Assembly: GCA_963822965.1 (NCBI GenBank)
Contig: CAWGJT010000014.1
Coordinates: 96,001 to 160,000, forward strand
Reading direction: 5' to 3'
Length of the DNA stretch: 64,000 nt
DNA from: an uncultured delta proteobacterium
GTDB lineage: Bacteria > Myxococcota_A > UBA9160 > UBA4427
Part shown: in pieces, positions 10,206 to 18,268 of the stretch
Numbering within the stretch: the stretch's first letter is position 1
How the letters are laid out: each line of letters opens with the position of its first letter
Translations under genes and position numbers: made by a program
Notes under the pieces: model-generated
Databases searched by the model: none
What the model was told of the DNA's origin: nothing
What the model saw: the letters and a program-made list of their open reading frames with translations, nothing else

Positions 10206-11201
10206 TCAAGCCTTCATCGCAAAGAACTTCGTTCCGTCGAAGTCTGCGTCGCTTCGGAACATGCCGTAGATGGCGTGTAGGAGCTTGCGCATGACGGCGA
10301 CGAGCGCCTGCATGGGCTTCTTTCCTCTGGCGACGAGCTTCTGATAGAAGGCTCGGATCTGCGGCTCGTGCTGGCTCGCGACCATGGCCGGGAGGAAGAG
10401 CGCACGTCGCAGGTGTCGATTGCCGACCTTGCTGATGCGCACCTGGCCGCGGACCGAGCTGCCCGAGTCGGCATAGCGTGGATCGATGCCGGCGTGTGCG
10501 ACCCACTGGCGAGCCGACATGTCCTCGGGCAGGACCGCGAGTTCGGCAAGGATCGTGATCGCGCTGGCCTCTGCGATTCCCTTCACCGATGTGAGGTGCT
10601 GGAACTTCCGCTGCAGAGACGAGTCGGCAGCGATTCGGTCCTTTGCCGCGTTTGCCAGCAGCTCGATCTCGGTATTGATTCCAGCGATGTGCCGCTCGAG
10701 GCTTTCTCGGATCACGGGGCTGGTCTTCGTAACCGCGCAGTCGGCATGGAGTCTGTTCTTCTCTTGGGCGCGGTTCACGAGAAGTGCCTGGATCCGGCGC
10801 GAGAGGCCTCGTAGCGCCAGGATCGAGGGTGCCGGAGGCAGCCAGGCCGCGAAGTCCATCCGGCGAACGAACTCGAGCAGTGACTTCGCATCGACGCGAT
10901 CCGTCTTGGACCGCTTCAGCTGAGCCCGCGCAAAGTCCTTGGCGGCTCTGGGGTTGACCACCATGACCTCGAGTCGAGGTGCTTCATGAAGCGCGAGGCA
11001 CAGATCGAGGTGGTAGACACCGGTGGCCTCGACACACACGCGCGCCTGCGCACCGCGACGGGTCAGGTACCGGATCAGCTTCCGATGCCCCACCGGATCG
11101 TTGGCGAAGACGGCTTCCTGGAGCGCGCCTCCGGCCCGCTCCAGAGCCAGGACGAGCTCCGTGGCACCCACGTCGATCCCCACGAGTCCTCGCGACTTCA
11201 T
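10206..11201 (-). CDS. IS110-family DEDD recombinase/transposase
   Basis: GIDVG, CVEATGVY, KTDRVDA (D-E-D-D), and C-terminal AGIDPRYADSG with the conserved serine plus ISKVGN; GGAGG RBS; intact 331 aa. Confidence 0.97.
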   Translation of the reverse strand: MKSRGLVGIDVGATELVLALERAGGALQEAVFANDPVGHRKLIRYLTRRGAQARVCVEATGVYHLDLCLALHEAPRLEVMVVNPRAAKDFARAQLKRSKTDRVDAKSLLEFVRRMDFAAWLPPAPSILALRGLSRRIQALLVNRAQEKNRLHADCAVTKTSPVIRESLERHIAGINTEIELLANAAKDRIAADSSLQRKFQHLTSVKGIAEASAITILAELAVLPEDMSARQWVAHAGIDPRYADSGSSVRGQVRISKVGNRHLRRALFLPAMVASQHEPQIRAFYQKLVARGKKPMQALVAVMRKLLHAIYGMFRSDADFDGTKFFAMKA

Positions 11202-11244
11202 CTTCTTCCTCCCTCGTAGTACGATGGGACCCGGGTCCCCCGAC

Positions 11245-11410
11245 CCTGAACCGTTGCCTACCGGCCTTGTAGATGCAGGCTCACTGGGCCTCAGATACTC
11301 CGCGGCATGGGCAAAGAGGGCGGGGGATCCATCTAACGGACAGGCTCGGTGGCCTCAGACAGCGGCGATCTCCCCGGGTCAGACATCAACAGCGCACCGC
11401 AGAAGCGTGC
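11245..11410 (-). ncRNA. Putative bridge RNA with target-binding and donor-binding loops; ends approximate
   Basis: Minus strand: stem CGGGGAGATC/GGATCCCCCG enclosing CCGCTGTCT-hairpin-TCCGTTAGA, then GGAGTATCT-hairpin-TACAAG; these match the target and donor sequences. Confidence 0.85.
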
Positions 11411-11448
11411 GGGCGATATACAAGACGGCCTACGAATTGCGATTCTCG

Positions 11449-11886
11449 ATGGAACGAGTCGATGCTCTCGAGTTCATTCGGCACCGCCGACCGTCGTGCA
11501 CACTCCGACTGTCGCGGTTTCTCAGACATGCCGATGTTCGGTTGTCGCACGCCGACTTGGCGTCCGCCAACCTTGCCGGAACGAATCTTGCCGGCGTTGA
11601 TCTCCATGCATCCAATCTCGCTGAGTCGATTCTCCGCGGTGCCGATCTCTCGGCGGTGTCCTTCCGCCGCTGCAATCTTCGCGGCGCCGACCTCACGGGT
11701 GCCGTCCTGTGTGGGGCTGACCTCCGTGCTGCGAACTTGCGGGAGGCGGTGCTCTGCGGCGCCGATCTCATGGGCGCCCGTCTTGCTCTGGCGAGCCTCC
11801 GGGGCGCGCGGGCAGACGCTTGCACTCGCTGGCCGGAGGGATTCGTTTCGGAGGGGCGCGGCGTCATCATCGAAGGGGCCGTCTAA
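11449..11886 (+). CDS. Cassette 3: pentapeptide-repeat protein
   Basis: Repeated A(D/N)Lxx units, ending TRWPEGF; stop codon within GTCTAAC. Confidence 0.9.
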   Translation: MERVDALEFIRHRRPSCTLRLSRFLRHADVRLSHADLASANLAGTNLAGVDLHASNLAESILRGADLSAVSFRRCNLRGADLTGAVLCGADLRAANLREAVLCGADLMGARLALASLRGARADACTRWPEGFVSEGRGVIIEGAV

Positions 11887-12251
11887 CAAGCCGCTGAAGC
11901 TGGCGGCCGCGGGCCTTTAGCGCGACGCGGTCTTGAGGGTGTGGAAGAAGCTCTCGACTACGGCATTGTCGGCGCAGCGGCCGGGCTTGCTGACACTGCA
12001 GTGCATCTCGAAGGGGTCGAGCCTGCCCCGGTACTCGGTGCTGAGGTAGACGCTGCCGCGATCGGTGTGGTGGACGAGTCCGGGCTGCGGCTGGCGGGCT
12101 GCGACGGCGCGATCGAAGGCTTCGAGGGCGAGTTGCTGCCGCGTATGGCTCGCGGTGGCGCAGCCGACGACCTTGCGCGAGAAGAAGTCGAGCAAGACGA
12201 GCGTTGGCGGTCAGCGCTGTTGGGCGCAGCTGAGCCGCCAGTCCGTTAGCC
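11881..12251 (+). other. Disrupted or chimeric attC site 3
   Basis: Left arm GTCTAACAAGCCGCTGAAGCTG and right arm GCAGCTGAGCCGCCAGTCCGTTAGCC are separated by a transposase remnant. Confidence 0.75.
11917..12195 (-). pseudogene. IS3-family transposase (rve/DDE core) internal fragment
   Basis: LDFFSRKVVG, HHTDRGSVY, DNAVVESFFHTLK; truncated at both ends. Confidence 0.88.
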
Positions 12252-12272
12252 GGCAGGCGGTATGTCGAGGTC

Positions 12273-12716
12273 GTGGAAGATCTTCCGCGCGAGGTGCCGA
12301 TCGTGCGGCTCTGCATCGACGCCGGGATAGCCCTCGCGATCTCTGCGGCAAGCGCATACGCTGGCTACCAAGTAGGTGGCCGCGTTGGCTTTGTTTTGGG
12401 CTTCGGCGCTGGTTCAGTGTCCGCCGAGACGAACAACGCTGCGCCGACGACCTTCGCGCCAAGAGCCATCCGCGATGGAGAGCTGGAGCGTGGTGTATCC
12501 CTTCTGGAGCAGTCCGTGGACGGCGCGACTCTGGCCTACCGGGGCTACCTCTACGCCGGAGACTCGGACTTCGACCAGTCGCATGTGGTTACCAAGTCGC
12601 ACGAGGTCATGCGCCGAGTCGCCGAGTATCGAGAGTCCTACCCGCCCGTATCGTCGGATTCGGGCGTCCTCGACTCTATCCACGAGGCTCTCACTTCCGT
12701 TCGCGATCACCCGTAA
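12273..12716 (+). CDS. Cassette 4: hypothetical membrane-anchored protein
   Basis: ORF between GTTAGCCGGCAG and CTGCCGCTCAAC; hydrophobic N-terminus; start uncertain. Confidence 0.65.
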   Translation: MEDLPREVPIVRLCIDAGIALAISAASAYAGYQVGGRVGFVLGFGAGSVSAETNNAAPTTFAPRAIRDGELERGVSLLEQSVDGATLAYRGYLYAGDSDFDQSHVVTKSHEVMRRVAEYRESYPPVSSDSGVLDSIHEALTSVRDHP

Positions 12717-12721
12717 CTGCC

Positions 12722-12884
12722 GCTCAACAAGCCGCCGCAGCAGACGAGCGCCCTGTCGGGCTGTTTGCGGGGCGCGTCGCCCGTATGGGCTATCGCCCAT
12801 CGGCCGGCTTGGGGTAGGTTGGCGCTCTGTGGAGTCAACCTACTTCGGGGCTGGCGCTCCCAGCCGAACGCCGGTGCGGTAGGC
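12722..12884 (+). other. Degenerate attC site 4
   Basis: GCTCAAC...GAGCGCC / GGCGCTC...GGTAGGC (GTT mutated to GGT). Confidence 0.7.
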
Positions 12885-12912
12885 GACAGCAAGCGGACAG
12901 AGGCGTTCAATC

Positions 12913-13749
12913 ATGGATAGTGTCCTGATGCTGGTGTGGTTCGTGTTGACGGGTCTCTCCGTTGTCTTCGTCAGCGTTGATATCCGAGGCACGCCGGCGC
13001 ATCCGGTCCTCAAGTGGGCCTTCGTGATCCTCGCGCTGTTTGCCGGTCCGGTTGCCGCCCTTTTGTACATCCTTGGGTGCCGCGACCCGCTCACGGGAAC
13101 TCACGAGGCGTTTGTGGCGGCTCGCTGGCGCCAGGTACTCGGGTCGACCATGCACTGTGCTGCCGGAGATGGCCTTGGAATCATCACGGGGGCCGCGATC
13201 GCAGCTCATTGGCGCTTGCCCGCGTGGGCTGACCTGTCCCTTGAATACGCCCTGGGTTTTGGGTTTGGCTGGGTGGTCTTCCAGGCCTTTGCGATGCGCG
13301 AGATGGCAGGTGGCTCCTATCTGCGCTCGCTGCGGCAGACCTTCTTGCCCGAGTTTCTTTCCATGAATCTGCTGATGGCGGGCATGGTGGTAACCAAGCG
13401 CTTGCTCATGCCGCACATTGACGGCAGTGTCGATCCGCTGGCCGCGGGGTTTTGGTTTGTCATGTCGATGTCCCTCATTGCCGGCTTCATCCTTGCCTAT
13501 CCGATCAACTGGTGGCTCGTTGCGAACGGCCTCAAGCACGGCATGATCACCGTACGGCCGGCCCGCCAGCCCTCGCGTCGCTCGCCAGCGCCGAGAGCCG
13601 AAGAGCCATCGCACACTCAGCCAGGTTCCAGTCACGGCGACCACACCACGGTGGCAGGCACTTCGATCGCCGCGAAAGCAGGCATGACGATTCTCTCGAC
13701 CGCAAGTCTGGTGGCCGGCATCGCGCTGGCCAACTGGATCAGTCGCTAA
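12913..13749 (+). CDS. Cassette 5: DUF4396-like membrane protein
   Basis: STMHCAAGDGLG, AYPINWWLVANGLKHGM, several TM helices. Confidence 0.8.
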   Translation: MDSVLMLVWFVLTGLSVVFVSVDIRGTPAHPVLKWAFVILALFAGPVAALLYILGCRDPLTGTHEAFVAARWRQVLGSTMHCAAGDGLGIITGAAIAAHWRLPAWADLSLEYALGFGFGWVVFQAFAMREMAGGSYLRSLRQTFLPEFLSMNLLMAGMVVTKRLLMPHIDGSVDPLAAGFWFVMSMSLIAGFILAYPINWWLVANGLKHGMITVRPARQPSRRSPAPRAEEPSHTQPGSSHGDHTTVAGTSIAAKAGMTILSTASLVAGIALANWISR

Positions 13750-13787
13750 GAGGACTCCTTGATGGCCCGCGTAGCCGCAACGCTGTC

Positions 13788-13829
13788 GCCTGACACGCCG
13801 ATGAAGCTGACGGTCGCCTGCGGCGCCCG
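13788..13829 (+). other. Truncated attC site 5 (left arm only)
   Basis: GCTGTCGCCTGAC mirrors the cassette start GGTAGGCGACAGC; followed by GCCGATGAAGCTGACGG; no right arm or R' box. Confidence 0.65.
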
Positions 13830-13835
13830 AAGTAC

Positions 13836-14006
13836 CGAGGCGGAATCCACTTCCCCAATCAACCGGACCGGTACTACACCTTCCCGTCGCTCTGGGTGGA
13901 TCTGCCAGTGTTCGGCATTCCGAAGTATCCGCTACCTGACTCTGTCCCCACCTCCACCTGGGGAAGCCACATCGTCTTCTTGTACGACGGAAAGCCCGTT
14001 CAGTAG
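13836..14006 (+). pseudogene. 3' remnant of a cassette gene (cassette 6)
   Basis: Open frame RGGIHFPNQPDRYY...FLYDGKPVQ* with no start, followed by GCCCAAC. Confidence 0.45.
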
Positions 14007-14014
14007 CGCAGGCT

Positions 14015-14060
14015 GCCCAACGAGGCTGTCTAGCGAAGCGGAGCGCCCAGTCCGGTGGAC
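14015..14060 (+). other. Collapsed, degenerate attC site 6
   Basis: GCCCAAC ... AGTCCGGTGGAC; the following GACGGCGG pairs with the cassette 7 end CCGCCGTC. Confidence 0.55.
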
Positions 14061-14075
14061 GGCGGGAGGTGGCGA

Positions 14076-14591
14076 GTGAGCCGAATCGTCCAGACGAGTC
14101 GTCCGGCAGCACCCGGCTACTTCGAAGCGGCTGACGAAGGCCAGGGTCTCCTCGATTGGAGCACCGCCGAGCGGCGGCTGATCGCTGCACGCAACTACTG
14201 GGTTGCGACGGCGTCCGCGGCAGCGGTTCCCCATGCAATGCCGGTCTGGGGCGTGTGGCTCGACGGTCGCTTTCTCTTCAGCACGGGGCCAGGTACCCGA
14301 AAGGCGCGGAACATTGCGAGCAATGCGCGTGCAGTGGTCCATCTCGAGAGCGGAGCACAGGTCGTCGTCGTCGAGGGAGTCGCCCGCCAGGTATCCGATG
14401 CCAAAGTGATCGAGTCCTTCGTTTCTGCGTACAACCCGAAGTATGGCTGGAGCTTCACCGACGCAGATCTGAGTTCGGGCGAGCTGTTCGAGGTGCGCCC
14501 GCTGCAGGCATTTGCGTGGCTCGGAGACGAAGGGGCCGATTTCTCGGCAGCCGGCACGCGATGGGTCTTCGAGAATCCGTCCGCCGTCTGA
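14076..14591 (+). CDS. Cassette 7: pyridoxamine 5'-phosphate oxidase-like (split-barrel flavin/F420-binding) protein
   Basis: RNYWVAT, PHAMPVWGVW, RKARNI, VVVEG; GGAGG RBS before GTG 14076. Confidence 0.85.
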   Translation: MSRIVQTSRPAAPGYFEAADEGQGLLDWSTAERRLIAARNYWVATASAAAVPHAMPVWGVWLDGRFLFSTGPGTRKARNIASNARAVVHLESGAQVVVVEGVARQVSDAKVIESFVSAYNPKYGWSFTDADLSSGELFEVRPLQAFAWLGDEGADFSAAGTRWVFENPSAV

Positions 14592-14714
14592 CGAGGCGCT
14601 GCAGACGGACGTGGCACGCGATCCAATCTCGATCGTGGTAGGATCGCAGAGCCCGAGGCGTCCGGGAGCAGCCCGACAGATCGCCGCACGCGGCTGAGCG
14701 CCGATCCGTTGGGC
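14586..14714 (+). other. attC site 7 (same family as attC2, R'' degenerate)
   Basis: GTCTGAC, GGCGCTGCAG / CTGAGCGCC arms, R' GTTGGGC. Confidence 0.82.
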
Positions 14715-14729
14715 CGCGGGAGCCACTCG

Positions 14730-15209
14730 ATGAAGGTCCGAGACGCCAGACCAGAAGACGCCGCCGATGTGGCCAGACTGTCCTTGGAGCTTGCCGAGGT
14801 GTTGCGTCGTGTCGGCAATCCCGTCGGCGCAGCCCTCCGCGAAGCAGATCTTCTTCGAGATGCGTACGGTCCCGACCCAGTTCTCGGTCTGCTCGTGGCC
14901 GAGATCGACGATGCGATCGTTGGGTACCTGCTGCACCATCCGTCCTATGACCCCGATCTTGGGGGTCGTGTCGCTACGGTCGTCGATCTGTGTGTCTCGG
15001 AGCGCGCTCGGCGGCGTGGCGTGGGCCGCGCTCTCATGAATGCCGCAATCGAGCGTTGCTCTGGGGCCGGCGGACACGCCCTGGTTTGGTGGGTGCGGCC
15101 AAGCAATCGAGACGCCGTCGCCTTCTACGAGCAGCTGGGCGCAAGTGTCGACTCGGGTCCCGTGTGCATGCATCTGCAGGTTGCGCGCGGGCCGGACAGG
15201 AGGGGATGA
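14730..15209 (+). CDS. Cassette 8: GNAT-family N-acetyltransferase
   Basis: VSERARRRGVGRALM acetyl-CoA motif, N..AVAFYEQLG. Confidence 0.9.
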   Translation: MKVRDARPEDAADVARLSLELAEVLRRVGNPVGAALREADLLRDAYGPDPVLGLLVAEIDDAIVGYLLHHPSYDPDLGGRVATVVDLCVSERARRRGVGRALMNAAIERCSGAGGHALVWWVRPSNRDAVAFYEQLGASVDSGPVCMHLQVARGPDRRG

Positions 15210-15362
15210 GAAGGCCAGTCTCCTGGTCCTCGCGCGGAGGGATCCGATGCCGAGCCAAGATCCTCATTTCCCCCGAAGACGAGCCCTGCGGCGGTCGTGG
15301 ATACCCTTGCAGACGCACTCCTCCTTCGCGGGCTCGCAGCCATGGAGGCCGAGAAGGGAACA

Positions 15363-15857
15363 ATGACGGTCGCGGTCAACGGCATCGCCCACATCCATCT
15401 GACGGTGAACGACCCGGAGCGTTGTGTTCCGTTCTGGGAAAAGCTGTGCCACTTCCTCGAAATGAAGACGCTGTTGCGAAGCGAGGATTCGCTGTACTGC
15501 ATCGGGAGTCGCACCGGCATCCTGATTCGAGCCGCGCCTCCAGAGAAGCGAGGCCGGTCGTTCGATCAGGATACCGTCGGGCTGCATCACCTCTGCTTCC
15601 GGGCCCGGAGCGTCGAAGACATCGATGCGATCGCGAAGTTCGTGACCGAGGAATTGAAGGCCAGGGTCGTTCACCCGCCGCAGGCGGGAGAGCAGTTCGC
15701 GCCCGGCTACTACTCGTTCCTGTTCGAAGACCCGGACGGCATTCGGGTCGAGGTCAACTTCGTGCCGGGCCAGGGCCATCTGGGCCAGGGGGGGCGACTC
15801 GGGCCGGGGGGACGAGGCCCGGCCGGCTCCTACGGCAGCGAGGGGTTCGGCGACTAG
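15363..15857 (+). CDS. VOC/glyoxalase family protein
   Basis: IAHIHLTV, GLHHLCFRA, FEDPDGIRVEV. Confidence 0.9.
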   Translation: MTVAVNGIAHIHLTVNDPERCVPFWEKLCHFLEMKTLLRSEDSLYCIGSRTGILIRAAPPEKRGRSFDQDTVGLHHLCFRARSVEDIDAIAKFVTEELKARVVHPPQAGEQFAPGYYSFLFEDPDGIRVEVNFVPGQGHLGQGGRLGPGGRGPAGSYGSEGFGD

Positions 15858-16221
15858 GAGGGCGAGCCGACCCATTCCGGGTCGGCCTGCTGGAGCCGCC
15901 AAGGCGACGAACGAACGAGCCGACACACTGGGTTTCGGGATCGAACGCACTGCAAGCACTGCGGATTCCAGGGTCGGTTCCCCCTGCGACACCCGCTCGT
16001 TTCACCAGAATCCCGGGGCCGGCTGGCGTGCGGGTCGAGTTGCCGCCCGGATGAGGAGCGAGGCGTGGTACAGTGGGGCTCGATCGACCTTGGCCATCCA
16101 CCGGGCATCGAGCCTCTGTGCCTCTGTGCCTCTGCGAGGGGGAGCGGTCTGCGCCAGACCGCCGAGCGCCGGGGCCGTTGCGCGGCTCACGGCACGGAGT
16201 CGCTGCAGGAAATTGGACAGG

Positions 16222-16728
16222 ATGTTCTCTAGAAAGACCGCCTTCGTCACGGCTCTCGCGGTCCTGCTGTCGGCCCAGGTCGCCTCGTCCGAGGATGGCT
16301 TCATGTACGTGGAAGGCCATGTCTTCGACGCAAGATCGCTCAGGCCAGTTCCAGGCGTGCAGCTGTCCGCCCTCGCGCCGCTCGATTCGGTCTGCACGCC
16401 CGAGGGCGGATGCCCTCCGATCGCGCGCTCTGCGACCGACCAGAACGGCTTCTTCCAGCTCCTCATTCGGGACGCCGACTCGCTTCGCTCGGAGGCGATC
16501 TTCGTTCAGGCGCTCTGTGTCATTCCGGATGCCGATGGGGAGCCCATCGCCGCTGGCGCGGGCTCGGCCGAGGCGCGTCCGGTGGAGGCCGAGCGGATCC
16601 TCAGGCGAGACATCTACATCCGGCTCCCCCGACGCTTCGATCGGCGGACCGGGTGCGATCCCTCGGTCTTGCCACCCCCCGCCGCGGTTCCGGTGATGAC
16701 ACCCCCGCCCGATCTCCTGCCTCGGTAG
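16222..16728 (+). CDS. Hypothetical secreted protein (carboxypeptidase-regulatory-like beta domain)
   Basis: Signal-peptide-like N-terminus; GHVFDA..RPVPGV...TDQNGFF. Confidence 0.55.
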   Translation: MFSRKTAFVTALAVLLSAQVASSEDGFMYVEGHVFDARSLRPVPGVQLSALAPLDSVCTPEGGCPPIARSATDQNGFFQLLIRDADSLRSEAIFVQALCVIPDADGEPIAAGAGSAEARPVEAERILRRDIYIRLPRRFDRRTGCDPSVLPPPAAVPVMTPPPDLLPR

Positions 16729-16758
16729 GCGCCGATCGGGTCTGGTAGCGTTCCGCTG

Positions 16759-17676
16759 GTGACGCGACGGCCGCTGCGAATCGGAATCTCTCTCTCGAGC
16801 GCCCAGCCGCTCGCATCGGATCGCGACGCTCCGCGTTGGGTCATCGAGCGAGCACGGGCGGCGAGCCGCGCGGGCCTGTCGATGCTGTGCCTGGGTGATC
16901 ATCACAGCACCGGCCGCGTACCGTATGTCCAGAACGTGCCGATGATCGGCCGTCTCCTGGCCGAATGGGACGACCGTCCGATCGGCTGCCTCTTCCTGGC
17001 CCCCCTCTGGAATCCGGTGCTGATGGCGGAGCAGATCGGAACCCTGGCCGCCATGGCCGAAGGGCCGTTCGTCGTCCAGACCGGGCTCGGCGGCCGAGGT
17101 CTGCTTCGCAAGATGGGGGTGACGGTGCCTCATCGGGGTCGGCGCCTGGAAGCCACGATCCTCGCGGTCCAGGCCCTGCTCGCCGGCGAACGCGTCACGT
17201 CGGCGGAGCTGGGGATCGAGAACGCCGCGATTGCGCCTCGTCCCGATCGGCCCGTCGAGTGGTGGATCGGCGCAGTGAGCGAGGTCGCGATGGATCGGGC
17301 AGCGCGTCTCGGAACGGGTTGGTATGCGGATGGCAATGTTCCTGCGTCGGTTTGCCGAGCCCAGATCGAGACGTATCTCGCGGTGTGCGACCGGCACGGC
17401 AAGGAGCCCGGAACCATGGCTGTGCGGAAGGACGTGTTCATCGCGGACGAAGACGCACACGCCACGAAGCGCGGTCAGGCGCTCATCGACGCCGGCTACC
17501 GGGGAATGGATCGGGAGTCCGTCGCCTTCGGGAGCCCCGAGCACGTTGCCGAGCAGCTGGCGCTCTACGCCGAGATCGGCTTCACCGACGTCGTCATCCG
17601 AACGATGACCGTTCCGCAGCCCGAGGCCGTCCGGTCCATCGAGCTGGCGGGCAAGGTGGCCGAGCTGCTCTCGTAG
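16759..17676 (+). CDS. LLM-class (luciferase-like) flavin/F420-dependent oxidoreductase
   Basis: GDHHS, NPVLMAEQIGTL, RAARLG, GSPEHVAEQL. Confidence 0.88.
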   Translation: MTRRPLRIGISLSSAQPLASDRDAPRWVIERARAASRAGLSMLCLGDHHSTGRVPYVQNVPMIGRLLAEWDDRPIGCLFLAPLWNPVLMAEQIGTLAAMAEGPFVVQTGLGGRGLLRKMGVTVPHRGRRLEATILAVQALLAGERVTSAELGIENAAIAPRPDRPVEWWIGAVSEVAMDRAARLGTGWYADGNVPASVCRAQIETYLAVCDRHGKEPGTMAVRKDVFIADEDAHATKRGQALIDAGYRGMDRESVAFGSPEHVAEQLALYAEIGFTDVVIRTMTVPQPEAVRSIELAGKVAELLS

Positions 17677-17707
17677 CCGCGATCACGGCCGCCGGGGAGG
17701 GGATCGG

Positions 17708-18124
17708 ATGTTGAGGGGATCCTGCGCGTGTGGTCGGGTGCGCTACGAGATCCGCGGCCCGCTCATCGGGCCGGTCACCTACTGCCACTGCTGGCGGTGC
17801 CGCAAGCACTCCGGGTCGAGCTTCGGCACCACGGCGGGAGTCCGCGAGGCCGATCTCGTCGTGGTTGCCGGGGAGCAGCTGCTCCGGAGCTGGGAGTCGA
17901 GCCCCGGGGTGCACCGCTTCTTCGCCGGGTGCTGCGGCTCTCCGATCTACAAGCGCGGCGATGAAATGCCCGGCGTTCTCGGCTTTCGCCTGGGCACGCT
18001 CGACTCCGATCCTCTCCGCAGAGCAGACATGCACTTCATGGTCGGCTCGAAGGTCCCATGGCTGGAGATCCACGACGATCTCCCGCAGGAGCCCGGGGGC
18101 GTGCCGTTCGGGGAACGCGACTAG
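17708..18124 (+). CDS. GFA/CENP-V family protein
   Basis: GSCACG, CHCWRCRK, CCGSP. Confidence 0.92.
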   Translation: MLRGSCACGRVRYEIRGPLIGPVTYCHCWRCRKHSGSSFGTTAGVREADLVVVAGEQLLRSWESSPGVHRFFAGCCGSPIYKRGDEMPGVLGFRLGTLDSDPLRRADMHFMVGSKVPWLEIHDDLPQEPGGVPFGERD

Positions 18125-18268
18125 AAGCCCCAGGAGCGAGTGCAGGCACCGACTCCGGGTCGTAGGACAATCTCGGTCTGGTAGCCTCTCCGCATCGACC
18201 CCGCGTGCCGAGCGACTGCCGGTGACCTGGCCGCGGCCGCCGTGTGCCGGGTCGCCCAGGTGGCTGGC

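Larger units (their letters stand above)
10191..11424 (-). mobile_element. IS110-family insertion sequence (IS621-like, CT core, no terminal inverted repeats), 1234 bp
   Basis: AG core (CT on minus strand) at 10189-10190 and 11423-11424; removing the element restores GTTAGACGGCC, the exact complement of the cassette 3 end GGCCGTCTAAC. Confidence 0.93.
8671..15209 (+). mobile_element. Integron gene-cassette array with no adjacent integrase (CALIN-like), about 8 cassettes or remnants
   Basis: Co-oriented short ORFs bounded by GTTRRRY and RYYYAAC boxes with palindromic attC arms; lower GC than flanks. Confidence 0.92.

Noticed and set aside
11331..11360. ATCTAAC inside the IS as the R'' box of an attC, making the transposase a true cassette
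   Set aside because: No L boxes or R' box follow; it is explained as the complement of the bridge-RNA right target guide.
11023..11448. N-terminal extension of the 287-aa pentapeptide ORF
   Set aside because: It runs through the IS antisense strand and non-coding end; the cassette gene most plausibly starts at ATG 11449.
15255..15320. Possible further attC after the GNAT gene
   Set aside because: Only a vague arm-like stretch; no RYYYAAC/GTTRRRY pair or convincing palindrome.
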